This document shows, piece after piece, positions 27,509 to 37,219 of a stretch of DNA of 64,000 nt; position 1 is the stretch's first letter, and the number at the start of each line of letters is the position of its first letter. The translations under genes and the position numbers were made by a program. The stretch is from an uncultured Eubacteriales bacterium (GTDB lineage: Bacteria; Bacillota; Clostridia; Oscillospirales; Acutalibacteraceae): positions 10,204-74,203 of the forward strand of contig CAQZPH010000001.1 in the NCBI GenBank assembly GCA_948933715.1, written 5' to 3'. The notes beneath the pieces are model-generated. The model worked only from the letters and a program-made list of their open reading frames with translations, was not told the DNA's origin and searched no databases.

Positions 27509-30500
27509 TCTGCTTTTCTATTTCCTTAAAAAATTCTTCTTTATTAAGTTTTTTTATCTCTCGGACATTCTCATTCATCGAAGACATACACACTGCTTTA
27601 TACCCACAGAATTCACAGGCATCATATTCGCCTTTAGCAGGCTCAGCTGATATTTTTCCAGAGCGAAGCTCCATCGCCATAGAAATAATCATCTTGTCTA
27701 TATGATCCATTATTGCTCCCATCTGAGCAACACTGGCAAGAAAATCTTTACTTTTAGGTTGCCCGTCCTTCATAGTAACAGGAATAAAAATTCCATTTGC
27801 ATCTTTCTCCATTCCGTAAATAACCTGAGGATCATCTAATATTAATCCGTTCATTCTAAGCTTTTTCATTTTTTCTTTTTCTATTTTTTTTATATCTTCA
27901 TCCCGGTCTGCGTTGACTGTTGTCGAGACGGAAGGAAAATATAAAATACCTGCAGGCACGGTTTGTCCATATTTAGAAGAAGCATTTTTACATATGGCAT
28001 GCAAATATATAAGCATCTGTAAATTAAGCCCATACAAAACATCCGATAATTTAAATTCTTTAGTTCCAGTTTTATAATCAACCACCCTAACAAAGCTTTT
28101 TCCATCTTTCTTCATCACATCTACTCTATCTATTTTACCTTCTACCATAACATGTGAACCGTCCGGAAGGTTAAGCTTTAAAGGTTTTATCGTGCTATTG
28201 TCTGAGATACAAAGCTCAAAGTCTGTAGGTAAAAACTCACTTTGAGATAATTCATTTGCCATGTGTATAACTAGTGGTAAAGCAGTTTTAACCACTCTAT
28301 TAAATAAATATTTAAAACGTTCTGTTTTATCTGTCCACCCACCAAGATTTAATTCTATGTAAGAATTTAAAATAACTTTTATTTCGGTTAAAAGTTCACT
28401 TCTTGAAAATTTTAACAACTGTGAGGCGTCGTATTTTTTAAATATTTTTTCAAAAATAAAATGCATAAGGCTGCCATACTCTAAAGCATCAAAATTTGCT
28501 TTTTTTCGTTCTTTAGCAAAAAGCCCATACTTACAAAAATACGCAAATTTACAAAGATAATATTTTTCAATTTGCGATGCTGAGACTTTCATATTTTCGC
28601 CAAACAAAGTTTTTGTTTTATTGGTATCTTTAAGTTCAAACGGCAAATTTAAAGAGGCTCTTTTTATCGCATCTAACCTTTCTTTATACTCATCATTATC
28701 ATAAAAATATTTTTTTAAAGTCTGAGAGAATCTTGAATTATCATTCCAATGTTTTGCACAAACCTCAAAGGCAGGTTTTGTCTCCCAGATCTCATCGTCA
28801 ATGCATTCTAAATACCCATCTAAACAATTTACATTTGGCAAGATAAATTTAGTTTCTCTAACTATCGCTGAAGGTGATTTAGCTCCGCCTAAGGTAGTTG
28901 CGCACGGCCAACTGATATACAGTTTGTCAGACGGTATAGTCATAGTTTTATAAGCTAAAAATCGTTCATTAATTGAGAGACTTTCAACTGAATCATAAAG
29001 AGAAATTCCCATAGAAATAAGCTTTTTTCTCTGTTCATCACTGAATATTCCTGCCGGTGCTGGTATTCTGGGGAATTCTCCTTCGACTGCACCTATTAAA
29101 AATAATACCTTTATATTCTGTGCACATATTCTGTCTATCGATCCAAATGTAACCTCATCAACACCTTTTGGTATAAAGGCTATGTCATTTGAATTTATTA
29201 CTAACTTTAAAAGCCCTGCATATTTTTTGGGGGATATATACTTACCTTTTAAAATAATCACCATTCTATCAAAAATATCAACTAGTAAATCCCAAAGTCT
29301 CACCTGTTCGTCTGCTAAACTTTGTTGATTAGAGTCACTTAATTCACGATAAAATTCCTTTAAATTTTGAATCACATCTATTTCAATTAAAAACTCATAT
29401 AGTGATCTTGTTATATTGTCTCCTGTTGTATCTTTTATCTTATTTTTTAAATTTACAAGTGGACCAATTACTTTTTCCCTTAGCTCATTAATTTTTCCAA
29501 GCTTGTCTTTTGATTCATCTTTTATATCTTTATACCCATCAGGATTAGCTGTGAATTCATTTAACCATCTTTCACCATTTATTCCCCAAAACAACACGTA
29601 GTTTTCAAGCAGTGAAATATCATCCACATCAAAGCTAGTCATTCCTGTTTTTAAATACCTAAATATACTGTCAGAAGAATAATTATTGTTTATTATTTCT
29701 AAAGCTGATAGTACAAGATGCATCAGTGGTTTAGCATCAATATCTTCCCGTCTATCCATAAAATAAGGTATACTATACTTTTCAAAAGAAATATCTACTA
29801 TACCCTTATATATTTCATCATTTCTTGTTACTACTGCAAAATCTCCATACTTATACCCTTTTTCATATACCAATCTTTTTATTGTTCTTGAAACAAAGTC
29901 TGCTTCATCATACTGAGTATTTGCACTGTATATTAAAACATCATCTATAGGCTCAACTAATTTTTCTTTTTTCACCCTAAAAACTTGGGCTTCTAGTTTT
30001 TTTAGACCATCACTTTTAAATCTTTTAGATTCATTAAAATATATCGGAACCTTTATTTCTACACTATTCTTTTTTGCAATGTTAAGAATTCTAGTTGCTG
30101 TGCGGTTAATCGGTGCAAATAAGTCAAATTTATCTTCTGAAAAAGATTCCTTATCAGTACACAAAGTCAAATAGCACTTATTGCATTGCCTTAATATTAG
30201 TTCAATTACCGATAGCTGCTGCATAGTAAACCCATCAAATCCATCTATTATAACAGTATACCCTTTTAAAAAATCGTGGGATAATAATGCCTCAGCCAAC
30301 CGTGTTAAATCATCTAACGGATCAATGTATGTATTATGTAACAACGCTTCATAAGATTCAAGTATCAGTGTTGTTTCTTTTATCTTTCCTTTTAAAATAG
30401 GATCATTTATTCTTCCTAAAATACTAATAAGAGTATCGTTTGTTACGCTGCACATTTTAAATTCAGATAATGCTGATACCATCATATCTACAAATTCAAT

Positions 30501-30839
30501 TTTGTCTGCCTGTCCTGAAAAAACTTGAAGATTATCTGCCACTTCATCAATAGCTAAACTCATTAATAAATTTCTATCTCCTTTATTAATACGTTTAGCT
30601 GCAACTCCACCTATTTGCCTTGAAACTAAATCAACAAGCCTTGTAAAGCTCATCACCTCAATTTTTAGTGCATCCTTTGGCCCTAGTAAATCAAGCATTG
30701 TTTTTTCTGTTTCAAAAGAACTTTGCTCCGGAACAATAATCATTAATTTCTCAATGTTACCCTTTATCTCCTCTAAAATAATTTCTCTTGTTTTAGAGGT
30801 CTTTCCAAATCCAGCGCGACCAAATATAAATTGAAGCAT
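27486..30839 (-). CDS. addB: helicase-exonuclease AddAB, subunit B
   Basis: It has the N-terminal GRAGFGKT, a C-terminal nuclease (VVDYKTG) and the Fe-S cluster cysteines (C...CEFCGYKAVC). The start is taken as the ATG at 30839 after a GAGGAG RBS; the track ORF uses an upstream TTG. Confidence 0.9.
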   Translation of the reverse strand: MLQFIFGRAGFGKTSKTREIILEEIKGNIEKLMIIVPEQSSFETEKTMLDLLGPKDALKIEVMSFTRLVDLVSRQIGGVAAKRINKGDRNLLMSLAIDEVADNLQVFSGQADKIEFVDMMVSALSEFKMCSVTNDTLISILGRINDPILKGKIKETTLILESYEALLHNTYIDPLDDLTRLAEALLSHDFLKGYTVIIDGFDGFTMQQLSVIELILRQCNKCYLTLCTDKESFSEDKFDLFAPINRTATRILNIAKKNSVEIKVPIYFNESKRFKSDGLKKLEAQVFRVKKEKLVEPIDDVLIYSANTQYDEADFVSRTIKRLVYEKGYKYGDFAVVTRNDEIYKGIVDISFEKYSIPYFMDRREDIDAKPLMHLVLSALEIINNNYSSDSIFRYLKTGMTSFDVDDISLLENYVLFWGINGERWLNEFTANPDGYKDIKDESKDKLGKINELREKVIGPLVNLKNKIKDTTGDNITRSLYEFLIEIDVIQNLKEFYRELSDSNQQSLADEQVRLWDLLVDIFDRMVIILKGKYISPKKYAGLLKLVINSNDIAFIPKGVDEVTFGSIDRICAQNIKVLFLIGAVEGEFPRIPAPAGIFSDEQRKKLISMGISLYDSVESLSINERFLAYKTMTIPSDKLYISWPCATTLGGAKSPSAIVRETKFILPNVNCLDGYLECIDDEIWETKPAFEVCAKHWNDNSRFSQTLKKYFYDNDEYKERLDAIKRASLNLPFELKDTNKTKTLFGENMKVSASQIEKYYLCKFAYFCKYGLFAKERKKANFDALEYGSLMHFIFEKIFKKYDASQLLKFSRSELLTEIKVILNSYIELNLGGWTDKTERFKYLFNRVVKTALPLVIHMANELSQSEFLPTDFELCISDNSTIKPLKLNLPDGSHVMVEGKIDRVDVMKKDGKSFVRVVDYKTGTKEFKLSDVLYGLNLQMLIYLHAICKNASSKYGQTVPAGILYFPSVSTTVNADRDEDIKKIEKEKMKKLRMNGLILDDPQVIYGMEKDANGIFIPVTMKDGQPKSKDFLASVAQMGAIMDHIDKMIISMAMELRSGKISAEPAKGEYDACEFCGYKAVCMSSMNENVREIKKLNKEEFFKEIEKQNEGDYVG

Positions 30840-30885
30840 ATAATTTCTCCTCAAAATTATTTATATGCATATTATACCATAAAAA

Positions 30886-30916
30886 TAAAAAAAGATGACC
30901 AAAAACAGGTCATCTC
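30886..30916 (-). terminator. intrinsic terminator after the 119-aa ORF (hairpin is bidirectional in shape)
   Basis: AGATGACC pairs with GGTCATCT around a 7-nt loop, with A/T runs on both flanks. Confidence 0.65.
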
Positions 30917-30919
30917 TTT

Positions 30920-31279
30920 TTATATAGTAGATTGTTCCATTGCTTTTACAAAATCTTCAAGTGAATAAATCTCAACAAGTTCATATTCTTCACATATTAT
31001 TTCACATATTCGACTTGTTTCTTCATCCATTCCCAAATCAAGACATACTATCTTTTGGTTGCCCATACTACTGAGCCATTTTGCATTGGATATAGCATTT
31101 CTCAATATCATTTCGATTTCTTCATTGTGGCCACAAATCGGTATAAGGAGAATGGTATTGTTATTGATATCGTTCTTATTAAAAGGTAAAAGAGATACCA
31201 CCCTAAAAACTTCTACCAATCCTACAACTGCAAGACACAGTACAAAAATGCTAAGAACAACCTCCAACATGTATATCAC
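30920..31279 (-). CDS. hypothetical small membrane-anchored protein
   Basis: 119 aa with an AGAGGTG RBS. It has one N-terminal TM segment (VVLSIFVLCLAVVGLVEVF) followed by an acidic, Cys-containing soluble domain. I do not recognise a family. Confidence 0.5.
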   Translation of the reverse strand: MIYMLEVVLSIFVLCLAVVGLVEVFRVVSLLPFNKNDINNNTILLIPICGHNEEIEMILRNAISNAKWLSSMGNQKIVCLDLGMDEETSRICEIICEEYELVEIYSLEDFVKAMEQSTI

Positions 31280-31337
31280 CTCTTTACACTAGAATATGTA
31301 AAAAGTGACAAGTTGGTTAACCGGTACAAGTTTATGT

Positions 31338-32525
31338 TTACATTAAAGCACTTTTTAATTCCTCAACCTTATCTACTTTCTCCCATGATACGCTAAGGTC
31401 CTCACGGCCCATATGCCCATATGCAGACAGTTTTCTATATATTGGCTTTCTAAGGCCCAAACTCTCTATTATTGCTGCCGGCCTTAAATCAAATATCTTT
31501 TCTACTGCTTGTGAAATTTTTTCATCTGATACATTAGATGTTCCAAAAGTATCCACCATAACAGATACAGGGTTTGCAACCCCAATAGCATAAGCTATCT
31601 GGACTTCACATTTTCTAGCAATCCCCGCAGCAACAATGTTTTTAGCTATATAACGAGCTGCATAAGCTGCAGATCTATCTACTTTAGTAGGATCTTTTCC
31701 AGAAAAGGCTCCCCCACCATGGCGAGAGTATCCACCATATGTATCTACTATTATTTTTCTTCCTGTAAGTCCGCTATCTCCTACTGGTCCACCGATAACA
31801 AATCTGCCCGTTGGATTAATATAAAACTTGGTGTTCTCATCTATCAAGTTATCCGGTATAACGGGTAAAATAACTGTATTTTTAATATCGTTCCTGATTT
31901 GTTCAAGCTCAACGTTTTCACTATGTTGTGTCGACACAACTACCGTATCAACTCTAATGGGCTTGTCACCATCATATTCTACTGTCACTTGAGTTTTTCC
32001 ATCCGGCCGAAGGTATGAAAGAATCCCATCCTTTCTAACCATTGTTAACTTTTTAGCCAACTTATGAGCAAGTGAAATGGGCAGTGGCATAAGCTCTGAA
32101 GTTTCATCACAGGCGTATCCAAACATTAATCCTTGGTCACCTGCACCAATTTGATTATTTTTATCTTCTACTTTATTTTCTTCTTTCATCTCAAGGGCTT
32201 TGTTTACACCCATTGCAATATCGGGCGACTGCGCGTCGATTGACGTAATCACTGCGCATGTATTACCATTAAACCCTGCTGACGGATTATCATATCCTAT
32301 TGAAGTTATGACGTTTCTTGCTACCGAAGCAATATCCACATAACAACTCGTTGAAATCTCACCCATAACATGAACCATACCCGTTGTAGCTGTAACTTCG
32401 CAAGCTACATGCGCATTTTTATCTTTTGATAATATCTCATCTAAAACAGCATCTGAGATCTGATCACAAATCTTATCAGGATGCCCTTCTGTTACTGATT
32501 CGGAAGTAAAGAAATGTTTTGACAT
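31338..32525 (-). CDS. metK: S-adenosylmethionine synthetase
   Basis: It starts [18 protein letters not shown] and has the GAGDQG and GGGAFSGKD motifs. The start is the ATG at 32525 with an AGGAGG RBS; the track ORF has a 9-codon upstream extension. Confidence 0.94.
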   Translation of the reverse strand: MSKHFFTSESVTEGHPDKICDQISDAVLDEILSKDKNAHVACEVTATTGMVHVMGEISTSCYVDIASVARNVITSIGYDNPSAGFNGNTCAVITSIDAQSPDIAMGVNKALEMKEENKVEDKNNQIGAGDQGLMFGYACDETSELMPLPISLAHKLAKKLTMVRKDGILSYLRPDGKTQVTVEYDGDKPIRVDTVVVSTQHSENVELEQIRNDIKNTVILPVIPDNLIDENTKFYINPTGRFVIGGPVGDSGLTGRKIIVDTYGGYSRHGGGAFSGKDPTKVDRSAAYAARYIAKNIVAAGIARKCEVQIAYAIGVANPVSVMVDTFGTSNVSDEKISQAVEKIFDLRPAAIIESLGLRKPIYRKLSAYGHMGREDLSVSWEKVDKVEELKSALM

Positions 32526-32582
32526 TAAAAATATCCTCCTAAAAATTCTCACATTTAAAATGATCTTTTATAAACACCAATT

Positions 32583-32712
32583 AAAAAAAGCCCGATAAAA
32601 ACCGGACTATAAAAATCTCATCTTTCGGTTTTTACCGCAGGATTTAGCACCTTACAAAATGTAGGTTGCCGGACTTCACAGGGCCTGTTCCCTCCATCAC
32701 TCTTGATAAGCA
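32583..32712 (-). promoter_or_regulatory. SAM-I (S-box) riboswitch with terminator expression platform, in the metK leader
   Basis: The minus strand reads CTTATCAAGAGTGATGGAGGGAACAGGCCCTGTGAAGTCCGGCAACC...GGTGCTAAATCCTGCGG...AGATGAG, which matches the S-box core consensus. It is followed by the hairpin AGTCCGG/CGGGCT plus TTTTTTT (32583-32608). Confidence 0.9.
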
Positions 32713-32754
32713 GTATATTAAGTTATTAATACAGCATATAAAAATTTATATTAT

Positions 32755-32783
32755 ATTGTATCATATTCCTACACATTTGTAAA
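32755..32783 (-). promoter_or_regulatory. sigma-A promoter of the metK leader
   Basis: The minus strand has TTTACA, a 17-nt spacer, then TGaTACAAT (extended -10), about 35 nt upstream of the riboswitch. Confidence 0.55.
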
Positions 32784-32801
32784 GTTAATTTACACCAAGT
32801 T

Positions 32802-33407
32802 TTAATTTACTTTTGATATTTTATTAAGAACAGCTGTTAACTTTTTATAAAGTAAAAGTGAAATAGTGCATACACTTATCCCCTTTAGTAAATTAAAAGG
32901 GCAAACTGCAAACAAAACAAATGTAAACCTATCTATTATAAATGGATTTAAAGAATTGCCTATTGCAATTAAGGAACTTTCTGAAATAGAAAATAACTTT
33001 TCATAAAGTGGTATTAATAAAAAGTAATTTACTGCAGATGAAACAATAGTCAAACTTAAAATCCCTACAATCATAGAAACTACAGCACCTTTAAAGGTAC
33101 GATATTTCTTATAGATTATGGCACTTGGCAAAACGAGTGCTACCCCCATTATAAAATCAGCAAACTGTCCAACTCCTAAACTAGATGAGCCCTTAATAAG
33201 AATAAATAATAGTATTTTCACAGCTTCGGTAGTCACCCCAGCTAGAGGTCCTAATGAAAACCCGCTTATTAAAACTATTGCCTCACTAACATCTAACTTA
33301 TAAAATCCCGGTGCAAAAAACACTGGTATTTTAAAAAGCATCACTACAGTTGCCATTGCAGAAAATATAGATATGTGAAGTAATCTTATTAACCTTGCTG
33401 TTTTCAA
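32802..33407 (-). CDS. ECF transporter S component (RibU-like ECF_trnsprt family; substrate unknown)
   Basis: 201 aa with about 6 TM segments. KLDVSEAIVLISGFSLGPLAG and the C-terminal PFNLLKG motif resemble RibU-type S components. It uses a TTG start after GGGGAG. No riboswitch lies in the short leader. Confidence 0.65.
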   Translation of the reverse strand: MKTARLIRLLHISIFSAMATVVMLFKIPVFFAPGFYKLDVSEAIVLISGFSLGPLAGVTTEAVKILLFILIKGSSSLGVGQFADFIMGVALVLPSAIIYKKYRTFKGAVVSMIVGILSLTIVSSAVNYFLLIPLYEKLFSISESSLIAIGNSLNPFIIDRFTFVLFAVCPFNLLKGISVCTISLLLYKKLTAVLNKISKVN

Positions 33408-33569
33408 AAAAACACTCCCCTAAATTTTTATAATGATTTTATCATAACTTTAAACCCCTAGTCTGTCAACTAATCCACTATTTATCGCTTGAAAATAATT
33501 GGTATTTATTGTATAATTATATATGTATAACATGGGTTTTATTTGGTTAAAAAATAAGGATGTGAAAAT

Positions 33570-35102
33570 ATGGTATCGAAAATTATTAGCCTTGGCCTTA
33601 ATGGCCTTGATGCTTTTCTTGTTACAATTGAAGCCGATTTATCATCAGGTATTCCTACTTTTGATATTGTTGGACTTCCTGATGCATCTATAAAAGAATC
33701 TCGAAATAGAGTAAAAGCTGCACTAAAAAATTGCGGGTTTGATTTCCCTTCTAAAAATATTACCATAAATTTAGCCCCTGCTAACGTAAGAAAAGAGGGT
33801 TCAATTTATGACCTACCAATTTTAATTTCATTGCTCACCTCATCAGGTCAACTAAGCGCAAACTTAAACCATTGTGCTTTTTTAGGAGAATTATCTCTAG
33901 GGGGTGACCTTTGTCCTGTAAGGGGTATTCTTCCAATGGCGATAAAAGCCAAAGAACTTGGAATTAAAAATTTATTTGTTCCAGCTAAAAATGCTTCTGA
34001 AGCTGCTGTAGTAAATGATATAAATATATATCCTATAGATAATATAAAAAACTTATATTTATATCTTACTGGTAAAATAAAGATTAGTCCTGCAAAAGCA
34101 CAATTAAATTTTATAGCACAGCAAGATAATATATTAGATTTTTCCCAAGTTAAAGGTCAATATGAAGCAAAAAGAGCTTTAGAAATTGCCGCTGCAGGAT
34201 GCCATAACGTTATACTTATTGGTCCACCTGGTTCAGGAAAAAGTATGCTTGCAAAAAGAATTCCCACTATCTTACCTAACATGAGTATGGATGAATCTAT
34301 TGAAACAACAAAAATATATTCAGTATCTGGTCTTATAAATGAAGATACTCCACTTATAAACACACGACCTTTTCGTGCTCCTCATCATACTATCTCGCCA
34401 ACAGGTTTGTCTGGTGGTGGTTCTATGCCTAAACCGGGTGAAATCTCTCTTGCACATAATGGAGTTTTATTTTTAGACGAACTCCCAGAGTTTTCACGAA
34501 ATACAATGGAAATATTACGGCAACCAATTGAAAACAGCGAAGTGACTATTTCCAGAGTAACAGGTACTATTACATATCCCTGCTCAATAATGCTAGTTGC
34601 TGCAATGAATCCTTGCCCCTGCGGATATTTAGGGCACCCTACTAAACAGTGTATCTGTTCTGAAAATGCAGTTTCCAGATATCTATCTAAAATTTCCGGA
34701 CCACTCTTAGATAGAATCGATATTCATGTTGAAGTTCCATCCATTAACTATTCTGATCTATCTTCTAAAAAGGAATCTGAAAGTTCTGCTGAGATAAAAA
34801 AACGTATAGATAATGCGCGGAAAATCCAGTTTGCTCGGTTTAAAGATTATAATATTTCTTTTAATTCTAGGATTACTCCCCAGTTACTTCATAAGATTTG
34901 TGTTTTGTCTTATAACGCTGAAAACCTCTTAAAAAAAGCTTTTGGATCACTGGGTTTATCTGCAAGGGCTTACTCAAGAATTTTAAAAGTTGCAAGAACC
35001 ATTGCAGATCTTGATTCAAGTGAAGAAATAAAATCTTCACATATTGCAGAGGCTATACAATATAGAAACCTTGATAGAAAATATTGGTCAAGAAAAAGAT
35101 AA
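33570..35102 (+). CDS. comM: YifB/ComM family Mg-chelatase-like AAA+ ATPase
   Basis: 510 aa. A Lon-like N-terminal domain is followed by Walker A (GPPGSGKSM) and Walker B (LFLDEL). The Cys cluster is NPCPCGY...C.C. Confidence 0.9.
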   Translation: MVSKIISLGLNGLDAFLVTIEADLSSGIPTFDIVGLPDASIKESRNRVKAALKNCGFDFPSKNITINLAPANVRKEGSIYDLPILISLLTSSGQLSANLNHCAFLGELSLGGDLCPVRGILPMAIKAKELGIKNLFVPAKNASEAAVVNDINIYPIDNIKNLYLYLTGKIKISPAKAQLNFIAQQDNILDFSQVKGQYEAKRALEIAAAGCHNVILIGPPGSGKSMLAKRIPTILPNMSMDESIETTKIYSVSGLINEDTPLINTRPFRAPHHTISPTGLSGGGSMPKPGEISLAHNGVLFLDELPEFSRNTMEILRQPIENSEVTISRVTGTITYPCSIMLVAAMNPCPCGYLGHPTKQCICSENAVSRYLSKISGPLLDRIDIHVEVPSINYSDLSSKKESESSAEIKKRIDNARKIQFARFKDYNISFNSRITPQLLHKICVLSYNAENLLKKAFGSLGLSARAYSRILKVARTIADLDSSEEIKSSHIAEAIQYRNLDRKYWSRKR

Positions 35103-35192
35103 GATTTAAATTATACAGGATTATCAAGAATTTATTTTACACATATAATGTTAATAGGTATTAACCGAATCTTAATTGAAAGGGTGATTATT

Positions 35193-35624
35193 ATGTGTAG
35201 ACAAAATTCTTGCAGTTGTGGAACTTCTTTACTCGTTAGTATCATAATAGGAGTAGGTGTTGCAGTGCTATTTAGTCTTGGTATACTAACTAATGCACTT
35301 GTTGCTCTTTGGGTTTCTTTTGGAATTGGTCTTGCAATTTTATTAACACTTTTGTTTTTAATACCTCTTGCTAGCACAAATCTTTCTCCGGCACTTAAAA
35401 AATGTATGTGCACATACGGAAAATGCCTTATTGCTGGTTCCGTTGGAACTGTTGTAACAACACTTGCAGCGCTAGCTTTAGAACTTCTTATTGCATCAAC
35501 AGTTTTAATAATTATATTCTTCTTAATTGGAGTTGCTTTAAGTTTTCTTATTATATCGCTTATACAATTTTTGTGGTGCATGATCAACTTTGATTGTTGC
35601 AGACAACATGACATATGCAGATAA
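35193..35624 (+). CDS. hypothetical Cys-cluster four-TM membrane protein
   Basis: The ATG at 35193 follows AAGGGTG. The 143-aa product has 4 predicted TM helices and Cys clusters at the N-terminus (MCRQNSCSC), the central loop (KKCMCTYGKC) and the C-terminus (WCMINFDCCRQHDIC). A terminator hairpin lies downstream. I prefer this ORF over the fully overlapping antisense ORF. Confidence 0.55.
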   Translation: MCRQNSCSCGTSLLVSIIIGVGVAVLFSLGILTNALVALWVSFGIGLAILLTLLFLIPLASTNLSPALKKCMCTYGKCLIAGSVGTVVTTLAALALELLIASTVLIIIFFLIGVALSFLIISLIQFLWCMINFDCCRQHDICR

Positions 35625-35648
35625 ATAAAATTTTTTAATTCCCTAACC

Positions 35649-35690
35649 GGCTCGTCTTAGGTTTTTCTAAGCGAGCCTATATTTATTTTT
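35649..35690 (+). terminator. intrinsic terminator after the Cys-cluster membrane protein gene
   Basis: GGCTCGTCTTAG pairs with CTAAGCGAGCC (one bulge and one wobble), followed by a T-rich tract. Confidence 0.55.
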
Positions 35691-35892
35691 TCTCTTTTTA
35701 TAAGCAAATAATATCAATTTTGATATTAACTTTTTGTCAATTTTGTTATTGTTTTTTAATTGACTTTTTATATATTTTATATTACCATTAAAATTAATTG
35801 TTTGTAATTTAGTAATATCCTCAACTGCTTGTTTTTTTGGATTAGATATTAGTTACTATATATTACTTTTTTATTAATGGGAGGATGAAAAA

Positions 35893-37179
35893 TTGGAGAA
35901 ATTTCGTATAAATGGGCAAATCCCTTTAAAAGGTGAAGTAAAAATCAGTGGTGCAAAAAATGCTGCTGTTGCTATAATTCCGGCTGTTATCCTTTCTGAC
36001 GGAATCTGCCGTATAGATAATATTCCAAATATTAATGATGTAACTTTAATGGCACACATTTTAGAGCAAATGGGTGCTACGGTTAAAATGATAAATAAAT
36101 CCACCTTCGAGATCGACGCAAGAAATATTTCTTCGCACATTGCAAACTATGATTCGGTTCGTCATATGAGAGCATCTAGTTATCTTCTAGGAGCTTTACT
36201 TGGTAGATTTCATAAAGCCTCTGTATCTTTACCTGGTGGTTGTGATTTTGGGGTTCGTCCTATTGATCAGCATTTAAAAGGTTTTTCAGCTTTAGGCGCT
36301 ACACACTCTGTTGAGGGTGGGCTTGTAAACGTAAGTACAGAAAAATTAGTCGGCGATACGGTATATATGGATGTTGTATCTGTAGGAGCAACAATAAATA
36401 TTATTTTAGCATCTGTAAAAGCAGAAGGAACTACTATAATAGAAAATGCTGCTAAAGAACCTCATATTGTTGACCTTGCTAACTTTCTTAACTCTATGGG
36501 AGCTGAGATCAGTGGAGCTGGGACTGATTCAATAAAAATTAAAGGTGTAAACTATTTAAACGGAACAAACTATTCTATTATTCCAGACCAAATTGAAGCT
36601 GGAACATATATGGTAGCTGCAGCAGCTACCGGGGGAAATGTTCTTATTAAAAATGTTATACCAAAACATCTTGAATCAATCACTGCAAAACTGCAAGAAA
36701 TTGGAGTAACTGTTGATGAATACGACGAGTCTGTAAGGGTATCTGTTAATGGGCCACTTAGTAAATGTAACATAAAAACTATGCCGCACCCAGGATTTCC
36801 TACAGATATGCAACCACAAATTGCAGCGCTGTTATCTATAGTTAACGGAACTAGTATAATCAATGAAAGCGTTTGGGATAATCGTTTTCGCTATACTGAT
36901 GAATTAAACCGCATGGGAAGTAAAATTTCAGTGGATGGTAAAATTGCTGTTATTGAAGGAGTAAAAGAGCTTGTGGGAACTAGCGTAAAAGCTCTTGATT
37001 TAAGAGCTGGTGCTGCTATGATAATTGCAGGTCTTGCGGCTTCTGGTACTACTTTTATTGAGGAAATTCAGCATATCGAGCGCGGTTATGAAAATATCGT
37101 TGATAAGCTTGTCAGCCTCGGAGCAGATATAAAAAAAATATATTCTCCTGAAAAAGATAATATACCCAAAGCATTATAA
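35893..37179 (+). CDS. murA: UDP-N-acetylglucosamine 1-carboxyvinyltransferase
   Basis: 428 aa with a TTG start after GGGAGGA. It has the KISGAKNAA motif, the catalytic Cys loop (LPGGCDFGVRPID) and a typical length. Confidence 0.92.
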   Translation: MEKFRINGQIPLKGEVKISGAKNAAVAIIPAVILSDGICRIDNIPNINDVTLMAHILEQMGATVKMINKSTFEIDARNISSHIANYDSVRHMRASSYLLGALLGRFHKASVSLPGGCDFGVRPIDQHLKGFSALGATHSVEGGLVNVSTEKLVGDTVYMDVVSVGATINIILASVKAEGTTIIENAAKEPHIVDLANFLNSMGAEISGAGTDSIKIKGVNYLNGTNYSIIPDQIEAGTYMVAAAATGGNVLIKNVIPKHLESITAKLQEIGVTVDEYDESVRVSVNGPLSKCNIKTMPHPGFPTDMQPQIAALLSIVNGTSIINESVWDNRFRYTDELNRMGSKISVDGKIAVIEGVKELVGTSVKALDLRAGAAMIIAGLAASGTTFIEEIQHIERGYENIVDKLVSLGADIKKIYSPEKDNIPKAL

Positions 37180-37219
37180 ATTATCTTACTGATTTTTAGT
37201 TTTATTGGAGGTTAACTTT

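Noticed and set aside
35132-35614. 160-aa minus-strand ORF co-extensive with the Cys-cluster membrane protein gene
   Set aside because: The plus strand has a proper RBS plus ATG, a downstream terminator and a coherent four-TM pattern. The minus-strand product has no RBS, and the ORF's 3' end runs through the plus-strand gene's RBS and putative promoter. I kept the strand question as a caveat in the finding because neither product has a known family.
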